Below, one piece after another: positions 50,322-57,711 of a stretch of 64,000 nucleotides of DNA (position 1 is its first letter; every line of letters begins with the position of its first letter). The stretch lies in the IMG/VR virus record IMGVR_UViG_3300018080_008436, positions 372,001 to 436,000 of that record, one strand, 5' to 3'. Under the pieces are notes generated by a model. It worked only from the letters and a program-made list of their open reading frames with translations, had not been told where the DNA came from and ran no database searches. A program made the translations under genes and the position numbers.

Positions 50322-50675
50322 TTACCTGTTGGGTTTTATGACTATTACATCAAAAACTCCACTATTTTGATCATTAGCTTCATCTAATGAATCTATGTCA
50401 GGGGACATTCGCTCTACGGAATCTATGTGTCGCTCATCAGGTGTTATTTCCTCTAAGGAATCGACATACTGCTCATCAAACTCTTCTAAACTATCTGTAA
50501 CTTTCATGACAACTTGGCGATTTTCTATTTCATCCCAAATGTCACTAAGATCGTTATGACTTTCTACGAAACCTAAGCTTCCAACTCTCATTTGGGTATT
50601 AGTATCAGTATTGTGTATGTAAATTACCCCAGTTTCATAAACCCTCAGTTCACAATTCCTAATGATTATTTCCAC
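50322..50675 (-). CDS. Hypothetical protein
   Basis: 117 aa, AGGAG RBS, GTG start. Confidence 0.55.
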   Translation of the reverse strand: MEIIIRNCELRVYETGVIYIHNTDTNTQMRVGSLGFVESHNDLSDIWDEIENRQVVMKVTDSLEEFDEQYVDSLEEITPDERHIDSVERMSPDIDSLDEANDQNSGVFDVIVIKPNR

Positions 50676-50705
50676 TTTTGGCTCCTAGTTTATTACAGTA
50701 ATCCT

Positions 50706-50957
50706 TTATTCACCTTCTCTGTACCTTCTTCTTTCCAAACATCTATTGTAATTGTCTCGATAATTTAACTCTATGTCAGGATTTGGCAACAATCTAAGAT
50801 TGACACTAATCTGGGTTATAATATCCTCTATGCTATCCCCAATTAGTACTTGCTTACCTTGTTCAACATTGCACGCAATATAATCTTCCACCAAATTTTC
50901 CTCTATCTCGCCAAGAACCTGAAATCCATTAAAAATAGTTACTAGCGTCTTCTTCAT
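50706..50957 (-). CDS. Hypothetical protein
   Basis: 83 aa, GAGG RBS, TATAAT upstream. Confidence 0.55.
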   Translation of the reverse strand: MKKTLVTIFNGFQVLGEIEENLVEDYIACNVEQGKQVLIGDSIEDIITQISVNLRLLPNPDIELNYRDNYNRCLERRRYREGE

Positions 50958-51091
50958 GATTTAACCTCTTTATGCTACTTACCATAAGGACATTATACAG
51001 ATAACCTTGATTCATTTTTCTCTTGTAAAAAGCAACATTTTTCCACCTGGACTCTTACTATCAGAGATTCTGGTTTTCAAGCAAAATCGAC

Positions 51092-51127
51092 AAAAAAAAT
51101 GCCCCTTGGGACGAATCCCAAGGGGCA
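51092..51127 (-). terminator. Intrinsic terminator (UUCG loop)
   Basis: TGCCCCTTGGGA-TTCG-TCCCAAGGGGCATTTTTTTT. Confidence 0.8.
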
Positions 51128-51167
51128 AATATCTTTTACGAAATATCTACAGAGTAGGTGTAAATAA

Positions 51168-51566
51168 TTAGCTGTCTTGAATTCCTTCTCTTGCTTTTTG
51201 GAGTTTGTCCATTAGCATTTGGTGTTCTTCAGGAGTAGGTTCCTCTGGAACTATGTCTTCCATTTCGTCATGCTCAAACAAATCCCAAAGCCCTTGCCTT
51301 TTTAATTGCTCTTCTATTATAGCCGCACGGAATTTATTGCATTTACCTTCGAAATAATCATCTACTTCAGCCAAATCAAGTGGTTGGTTTATAGCATCTT
51401 GGAAAATTTTTCTGAACCTGGCTAATACAGCTTCTGTACCTCCATCCCAATCTCCTTCCAAATCGTTTGCTTTTTTCATCCACCCAGCCTTCTTCCCCAT
51501 ATCAGTCCACTCTTTGCGAGTCATCTTAATCCTAGTTTTTCCACCAGCAGTTTTAACTATTTTCAT
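51168..51566 (-). CDS. Hypothetical protein with MKIVKTA...MTRKEWTDMGKKAGW module
   Basis: 132 aa; AGG-N18-GAATA upstream. Confidence 0.65.
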   Translation of the reverse strand: MKIVKTAGGKTRIKMTRKEWTDMGKKAGWMKKANDLEGDWDGGTEAVLARFRKIFQDAINQPLDLAEVDDYFEGKCNKFRAAIIEEQLKRQGLWDLFEHDEMEDIVPEEPTPEEHQMLMDKLQKAREGIQDS

Positions 51567-51645
51567 TTTAATCTCTCCATTAAGGTCTTAATTCTAATTT
51601 ATTCAAAATCTTTTCTTTTGATCCTTTAATCAGCAGTAATTGTTA

Positions 51646-52173
51646 TTAAGCCTTTGCCCAAGCCAAGCCTACCCCATTTACACCTAAAGCATTTTTACAT
51701 GCTTCTATCGTTGTACCTTTAGTTATTACATTATCAACAAAATAAACATTCTTGTTGTCTAAATCCATAACGTCTGCATCATCTCTGACAATCATATTGT
51801 GCTCTTCAACCGTGTAATTAGGAAGATTTTGCTTTCTCCTTTGATGAGATGGTTCTATACTAGAAGACCGACCCAATGGATCATATATCTCAGATCCAGT
51901 TATTTTAGCAATTGCCTCGCATAAAAGCATGTTTGACCCCCTATCCCCTGATGATGATGGAACTGGTACTAAGAGGCTATTAGATGCAACATATTTCGCC
52001 ATAGTATCAGCCGCTATCTTAATGGCATCTGAATTTTTGTTCTTTATTTCGTAAGATATCTTTCTAACAAAAGCTTCTTGCTGTGATAGTTCTCTTCTTC
52101 TAGGAGAAATATATTGATAAATGGCTATATTTTTGCCATCATTTAAAAATTGAGCTTTTTTATACCAGTTCAT
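51646..52173 (-). CDS. ComF-like phosphoribosyltransferase-fold protein (MNWYKKAQ tag)
   Basis: LVPVPSS and VYFVDNVITKGTTIEAC PRPP-binding loop. Confidence 0.75.
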   Translation of the reverse strand: MNWYKKAQFLNDGKNIAIYQYISPRRRELSQQEAFVRKISYEIKNKNSDAIKIAADTMAKYVASNSLLVPVPSSSGDRGSNMLLCEAIAKITGSEIYDPLGRSSSIEPSHQRRKQNLPNYTVEEHNMIVRDDADVMDLDNKNVYFVDNVITKGTTIEACKNALGVNGVGLAWAKA

Positions 52174-52219
52174 AACAATATTAATTCAAAAATCTGTTCT
52201 TCTGACCCTTTGTAAACAC

Positions 52220-52253
52220 AAAAATATCCCCTGAGGCGAACCTCAGGGGATAA
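52220..52253 (-). terminator. Intrinsic terminator after major capsid gene
   Basis: TATCCCCTGAGG-TTCG-CCTCAGGGGATATTTTT. Confidence 0.85.
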
Positions 52254-52283
52254 ATACTTTCTACGAGATATCTAAGCTTTCGC

Positions 52284-53147
52284 TTAGCTACCAGCGGTAA
52301 CTGTGACCTTGGCTACTGCGTAGGTATTGATGATTACAATACCAACTTCCTCATAAATTACCCAACCGAGGCGGAGCTTCTTTGGATCGTCTGCTGGGAG
52401 GACGGTGATATCCTGACGAATCGGGAATGCACCAACGTACTCAGCAGGAGCGAGCAAGAAGACGGTATCGGTAGGCATCTTTGAAGATACGTGAATATCA
52501 GCAGTAAAGAGATGTCCGAACAAACCAGTTGTAAGAACTTCTTTCTGTGTTGCTTCATCATAGACAGTCTTACCAAATCCACGAATGTCAGCGTAACGAA
52601 GAGCATGCATAACAAGCTTACCTACTGTGAGGTCGTGCTGTTCGATGGTTGCGAAAGCTTGGTTCAAGGCGTTAAGGGTAAGAGCACCACCAGTTGAAAC
52701 AACGGTATGTGCGGCATCAATTGCGGCGGCGATAGCGTTGAAGATGTTAAGATCTTCTTCCTTCTGAATCGCTTCTTTAGCTTTGATCTGAGCACGGTCT
52801 ACAATGTAGAATCTACGAGCTTTAATCTCACTCAAGCGAATAGTAGGATTGGTTGCAATCTCGAACGTAGGAACGAGAATTTCTTCACCTTCGGTAATAC
52901 CATCAGGTACAGCGCCACGACGAGGAATAACCTGGGCGGTCTGGCGAACGTCTTTCTCGTAACGTGCATAAGCGCCCTGAGGAAGCTCATCCACCATGAG
53001 AAGTTTACGTCCAACTGCTTGATATTCCAATGCTCTACGAATTGGCTCGACCATGGCCTGAGCCAATGCTACTCTACCTTCAGGTGTCTCAAGCGCCTGA
53101 GCGATAAGAGCTTCTCTTTCTGCATTAACAGATCTTTTATTAATCAT
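52284..53147 (-). CDS. Major capsid protein (HK97 fold)
   Basis: 287 aa, downstream of protease/scaffold and decoration genes; strong codon bias; GRVALAQAMVEPIRRALEYQAVGRKLLMVDELPQG pattern of phage capsids. Confidence 0.85.
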   Translation of the reverse strand: MINKRSVNAEREALIAQALETPEGRVALAQAMVEPIRRALEYQAVGRKLLMVDELPQGAYARYEKDVRQTAQVIPRRGAVPDGITEGEEILVPTFEIATNPTIRLSEIKARRFYIVDRAQIKAKEAIQKEEDLNIFNAIAAAIDAAHTVVSTGGALTLNALNQAFATIEQHDLTVGKLVMHALRYADIRGFGKTVYDEATQKEVLTTGLFGHLFTADIHVSSKMPTDTVFLLAPAEYVGAFPIRQDITVLPADDPKKLRLGWVIYEEVGIVIINTYAVAKVTVTAGS

Positions 53148-53217
53148 TTTGTTTCTCTCCTAATTAGTTGTTCTATAGGGGGTAATAGCCTATAAAATAA
53201 ACCTTTTTTACTATACC

Positions 53218-53739
53218 TTATACAAGAAGCTTGTATTCGATATAAGTGTTAGAGTTATCGCCAGCAAGGGCCTGATCGCCATTGATGTCGATGCCAGGTA
53301 CGCCACTTGGGTATGAGCCAGCGGCACGAGTCAAACGAGCAACAGGAGTTCCAGTGGTCAAACCACCTTCATCTGTAGTGTCGAGTACACCAAGGGCATT
53401 ACCATAAAGCAATGCGCCAGGATTGGCGGATGATACGTTTGAAGCGAACTGGTCGGTTGCAAACTCACCACCTGAGTGATAGACAGTCATTTTACCTGAA
53501 GCTTTGGTTTCGTCAAAATAATCGGAAACCCTGTTCTGCCATCCTGCTGAGATGCCAGGCATTGCTGAAGCGCTAGTTGACTTGGTGTCACCAGCTACAC
53601 CGTAAACGGCGGCGTTGGTGCTTGCAAGTACTACTTCGCCAGATGTATTAAGAGAGACAAGCTGTCCTTCTTTAATAGTTTCGCCAGAGGCGACATCCTG
53701 TTCAGCGGCTACTACATGAAATTTTTCTACAAGAGCCAT
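53218..53739 (-). CDS. Capsid decoration/cement protein
   Basis: 173 aa, Gly/Ala-rich beta-tulip-like (GETIKEGQLVSLNTSG; SGKMTVY...EFATDQF); immediately upstream of the MCP. Confidence 0.7.
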   Translation of the reverse strand: MALVEKFHVVAAEQDVASGETIKEGQLVSLNTSGEVVLASTNAAVYGVAGDTKSTSASAMPGISAGWQNRVSDYFDETKASGKMTVYHSGGEFATDQFASNVSSANPGALLYGNALGVLDTTDEGGLTTGTPVARLTRAAGSYPSGVPGIDINGDQALAGDNSNTYIEYKLLV

Positions 53740-53961
53740 TTTTTGTTTCTCCTTTTAGAGTTAATTTTTTGTCAATTTTCATTGACGGTTTTTTAACCAA
53801 TTTGGTAAACGAAAACCAGCTTAACGCTACGATCTTTCTTCATTGATTTACTGAAAAAGTTGCCGTCATCTTATTAATCAAAACTGCAAACATTGAATTA
53901 CTTACCAACTTGTTATATCCCTTTGTTCTATATTAATAAGGTGATTTCCTGCTTACTATAC

Positions 53962-54008
53962 AAAAAAACCACGAAATATTGCTGATAAAAGCCATATTTC
54001 GTGGTTTT
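53962..54008 (-). terminator. Intrinsic terminator
   Basis: AAAACCACGAAATAT...ATATTTCGTGGTTTTTTT. Confidence 0.7.
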
Positions 54009-54028
54009 GGCACAAAAATGATTGTTGT

Positions 54029-54262
54029 TTATTCTTTTAGAGACTTTCTTCTTTGCAATTCTTTTTTCATAGCATCTCTGGTTTTATCTAACTCTTCTAA
54101 GTCATATCCCCAATCGATACCATAATTTTCCTGTTCAATAATTTGATTATCATAATAAAGCCAAGCCAACTCATTTTCTAATTCTTCTGTTGGAATTTCT
54201 TCTATTGGTTCTTTAGATATAATGTATTTATGTTCTTTGTTAGACACTCTTATTAATTTCAT
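54029..54262 (-). CDS. Hypothetical protein (MKLIRVS tag)
   Basis: 77 aa. Confidence 0.6.
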   Translation of the reverse strand: MKLIRVSNKEHKYIISKEPIEEIPTEELENELAWLYYDNQIIEQENYGIDWGYDLEELDKTRDAMKKELQRRKSLKE

Positions 54263-54510
54263 AATTTCCCCAATATTTCATCTAATCTTGTTGAAATCTC
54301 GACATCTGATAATTGTCTGAATGGAGCCTTAAATACAGTCCCAGACGGCAATGTAACCTGCACCTTGTCTCCACCTCCCAACACCTCTCTAAACTCATGA
54401 TAAGTTAATCTATTGGGCTTGGCTCTTAATCCCTTGACATATACGACATTGTTGTTTGAGTCTACCCAAACAATCGATGGAATTTTAGAAGATATCTTGA
54501 TTATTTTCAT
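54259..54510 (-). CDS. Hypothetical protein (MKIIKIS tag)
   Basis: 83 aa; AGG-N19-GAATT directly upstream. Confidence 0.6.
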   Translation of the reverse strand: MKIIKISSKIPSIVWVDSNNNVVYVKGLRAKPNRLTYHEFREVLGGGDKVQVTLPSGTVFKAPFRQLSDVEISTRLDEILGKL

Positions 54511-54554
54511 AACAATTAATTCACTAATATAAAAAGAACTTCCTTTAAGAATAC

Positions 54555-54604
54555 AAAAAAAAGCCGCTCCGGTTTGCTTGCGAACAAGCAGAAGAGCGGC
54601 TTTT
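54555..54604 (-). terminator. Intrinsic terminator after scaffold gene
   Basis: AAGCCGCTC..TGCTTG-TTCG-CAAGCA..GAGCGGCTTTTTTTT. Confidence 0.75.
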
Positions 54605-54618
54605 AGAGTTAACCGAAC

Positions 54619-57600
54619 TTAACGTTGGTCGTTGTCAATCAAGTTGTCATTTAACAACTTGGAACCAATCGTAAACGCTCCAGCGATTTTGTCCTGGAAG
54701 CTAGGCTCCTGGGCAGGCTGTGATTGAATTACGATAGCTGGAAGACCAGTTCCAGCAGTTTTAACTTGCTGTTCAGTAGAAGCAGTTTTAACGGCCTTAA
54801 CTGGGAACATAGTTTCCGCAACTGAAGCAATTTTATCAACTTCAAACTGAGCTAATGCAGTAACAACATTATCAAATGTGCTCTTATCAGAAGCAATTCT
54901 GTTGTTAGCGGCTAACCATGAAGCAGTACGAAGAGCTTCCTCTTTACGTGCTTCCTTGATTCTAGCAAGTTGTTCTTCTCTTTTCTGTTGTACCTGTTTG
55001 AGATACTTATCATTGATGCCAGGCATATCTGACTGAGTTTCCTTCTCAACGCCCATATAAGCGTTATCGATAGGTACATCAGGCTTAGGTGCGTTAACGT
55101 CGATGTTATCTGGTCCTTCCTGTCCCATAGTAGCTTTTGCTCTAGGAACGTCTGGATTTGCCATCTTTACATCGATGTTGTCAGCGCCTTCATGACCCAA
55201 AGAAGCATCGGCTCTAGGAACTCCAGCTTCAACATCACCCTCAACGGTGTCAACTTCTTTCATCTTTTTCGCTAATGCAAGCTGTCTCTGAGCCTCTTTG
55301 AGGTTTTTCTCAGCTTCAGCAATTACAGTACCTTTAATCTCATTATTGATTGCAGGCATATCTGATTGAGTAGCTTTCTCAATTCCCATGTAGGAACTAT
55401 CAACAGCTACGTCTGGCAGACCAGCAGGTGGATTAATGTTATCTGCGCCTTCATGGCCCATGGTAGCATTAGATCTAGGAACCTGAGGTTTGGCCATAGG
55501 AACGTCAATATTATCTGCTCCTTCATTCATCATAGTTGCCTTACTACGAGGTACTCCAGCTTCAACGTCTTTCTCAATAGTTTTGATGAGCTTAGGCTTA
55601 CCTGCCAACTTAATGTTGGACTCAGCGCCAGAGCGTCTTACTCTTGAGGAATTCATTGCCAAAGCCTCTGCAAGTGCGTCGGTATCAAATGTTTCCATAT
55701 CTTCTCCTTCTGGAACTTCTTCAGCTTCAAATGCAACGTCCTCTGCGATGTCCTCTTCCAAGGCTTCATCACCAGTATTTTCAACAACTTCGAGGTTGTC
55801 TCCAGTGATGGTTACAGATTCAACTGCGACTTCTTCTGGTTCTTCAATAATCTCATCAACCTCTACATCGACTGAGTCGAGTGGTTCGAGATCATCTCCG
55901 ATTTCAACTTCTTCCAAGATAGCCTGAGCTTTCTTGGCTAAGTTTTCTTCTTTCTGAATGAACAATTCGTTCATTGTAGCGAGATCGTATTGGCTAAGTG
56001 CAATCTTTCCTTCTTTTGCTTCATCAGCAAAAGCTTGGACGTAAATGTTATCAGATTCTTCTTTAGCGAACTTCTTCTTAATGCAGTTGCAAATTGAAGT
56101 TGCTTGAACAACATCATGTCCTTTGCTCTTTTGATCTTCAATACATTCATCCATTGGATCTACTTGCATTAAAGTGTCAGCCAATTTTTTCATTTGACGG
56201 ACTTTGGTAAAACCAAGTCTCTTCAGTTCTTTGCATACGCATTCAGCCAATGGCTTATCTTTGCAAGGACCGAATCTAGCTACAGTGTTTCCACCATAAG
56301 TTCTAGCAATTCTTTCAACGCAGTTAGCAGTTGGGAACGTATCGGCGTTAGCCTGAGCAGTCTTCAACATTCCAACAACCTTAAGCTTAGAAGCGAACTT
56401 CCTTGCTTCTTCTTTGCATTCTGGGCAACTATTGTCAGGAGAAAGATCCCATTCAACTCTTAACAAGCCGTTTGAAGGATTCTTACTACTAACAATGAGG
56501 TTCTTCTCGAAAGAAGTTCCGCATTGTCCGCATTCGCATTTGGTGCGACCATCGCCGCTTGCGATGACATCACATTTCTTATTTCCGCAAGCTGGGCAGA
56601 CATCGCCATGGGCCTCTCTGTTAGCGGCAATACGAACAATAGAATCTTTATCAATTCTAGTTTGAGCGGCAACTGGAAGTGCTGGCATTTCTTCAGGCTC
56701 TTCAGGGCCTTCAACGTCTTCCATACCTTCTTCGCCAACGCTTTTGGTAGGTTTGATGATTCTAAATTCAATTTCTTTCTTAATGAGAGCTTCGTATTCG
56801 GCTCCGCAATTCTGGCAGTTACCGATAATTCCACCGTCATCTTCTTTAGTTACATCAACATCAGATGAACCACACTCTGGGCAAATGCTCCAAGGAGCTT
56901 GCTTTTCGCCAACAGTTGGGATCTCATCCTCTAACTCATCCTCATTACCAGTGGTGAGAGCTTGAAGAGCAGGATCTTCTCCCATTGGAGGAGCGTCAAG
57001 ACCTTCCTCAGGAGCGCCTGGAGCGGCGACTTCGCCTGCGGCCCCTGGCATTCCGCCACCCATTGGTGACTGAGCAGTTCTTTTCATCTTCTTATTATTA
57101 TAGGCAACCTGATTAAGGTTTTCCATTTCAATATCAGCGTCAAGTCCGTCCTCAATGCCTTCTCCTACGAGATCGCCTTCAGGAACGATTTCTTCTTCAA
57201 TTGGTGCTACTTCTTCGCCAATCGGAATTTCAACTGACTCTTCGCCAGCATCAGTCTGGACAGCGATTTGAATGGTATTACCATCAATAGTAACATTAGT
57301 GATAGAAGCAAGCTTCATATTTTCAGTTGCTAAAGCGCCTTTAGCAAACTTAACGATATCTTTCTTGAAAGTGGCAGAAGTCTTTTGAGAACCAAGTTCT
57401 TCGAAATCGGTTTCAATTACGATGTCTGCTCCATCAAGTTTTTCAGGATTAAGAATTTCTTCCTGAGCCTGGACTCGCTTTCTTGATTCCAAAGAAGCTA
57501 GAATTTCTTCTCTTTCAGCATCTCTTTTAGCCTTTTCGTTTTTAACGACAGCTTTGGTTGATGCTTCTTTAGTTTCTTTCTTCTCTTCTTTTTCTTCGCA

Positions 57601-57711
57601 TTCTTCATCCTCTTCGTCACACTCTTCTTCTCCAGCGACAGCTTGCTTCAGAGCATTTCTAAGTTCGTCCTTAACGTTAACTTTTGCTACTGTAGAGGCT
57701 TCAGCAGTTTT
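54619..57711 (-). CDS. Scaffold-like protein with Zn ribbons and GVPR...GADNID repeats (likely C-terminal part of the protease gene)
   Basis: The frame is open from about 57711, with no ATG/GTG or RBS before the TTG at 57492; several CxxC pairs; C-terminal coiled coil before the capsid genes. Confidence 0.65.
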   Translation of the reverse strand, partial: KTAEASTVAKVNVKDELRNALKQAVAGEEECDEEDEECEEKEEKKETKEASTKAVVKNEKAKRDAEREEILASLESRKRVQAQEEILNPEKLDGADIVIETDFEELGSQKTSATFKKDIVKFAKGALATENMKLASITNVTIDGNTIQIAVQTDAGEESVEIPIGEEVAPIEEEIVPEGDLVGEGIEDGLDADIEMENLNQVAYNNKKMKRTAQSPMGGGMPGAAGEVAAPGAPEEGLDAPPMGEDPALQALTTGNEDELEDEIPTVGEKQAPWSICPECGSSDVDVTKEDDGGIIGNCQNCGAEYEALIKKEIEFRIIKPTKSVGEEGMEDVEGPEEPEEMPALPVAAQTRIDKDSIVRIAANREAHGDVCPACGNKKCDVIASGDGRTKCECGQCGTSFEKNLIVSSKNPSNGLLRVEWDLSPDNSCPECKEEARKFASKLKVVGMLKTAQANADTFPTANCVERIARTYGGNTVARFGPCKDKPLAECVCKELKRLGFTKVRQMKKLADTLMQVDPMDECIEDQKSKGHDVVQATSICNCIKKKFAKEESDNIYVQAFADEAKEGKIALSQYDLATMNELFIQKEENLAKKAQAILEEVEIGDDLEPLDSVDVEVDEIIEEPEEVAVESVTITGDNLEVVENTGDEALEEDIAEDVAFEAEEVPEGEDMETFDTDALAEALAMNSSRVRRSGAESNIKLAGKPKLIKTIEKDVEAGVPRSKATMMNEGADNIDVPMAKPQVPRSNATMGHEGADNINPPAGLPDVAVDSSYMGIEKATQSDMPAINNEIKGTVIAEAEKNLKEAQRQLALAKKMKEVDTVEGDVEAGVPRADASLGHEGADNIDVKMANPDVPRAKATMGQEGPDNIDVNAPKPDVPIDNAYMGVEKETQSDMPGINDKYLKQVQQKREEQLARIKEARKEEALRTASWLAANNRIASDKSTFDNVVTALAQFEVDKIASVAETMFPVKAVKTASTEQQVKTAGTGLPAIVIQSQPAQEPSFQDKIAGAFTIGSKLLNDNLIDNDQR

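Larger units (their letters stand above)
22354..54545 (-). promoter_or_regulatory. Family of 13 dispersed sigma-H-like promoter motifs (A)AGG-N19-GAA(T/A); coordinates span the family
   Basis: Sites at 22354-22381, 24784-24811, 25803-25830, 27821-27848, 33331-33358, 36816-36843, 45758-45785, 47476-47503, 50205-50232, 51600-51626 (N18), 52183-52210, 53924-53951 and 54518-54545; all lie upstream of minus-strand gene starts. Confidence 0.75.

Noticed and set aside
52284-53147. Cellular encapsulin rather than a phage capsid
   Set aside because: It sits among protease, decoration, neck, tail tube and tape measure genes.
57640-57690. Amber readthrough joining protease and scaffold
   Set aside because: Readthrough stays in frame 0 and hits TGA about 11 codons later; a frame change is needed.
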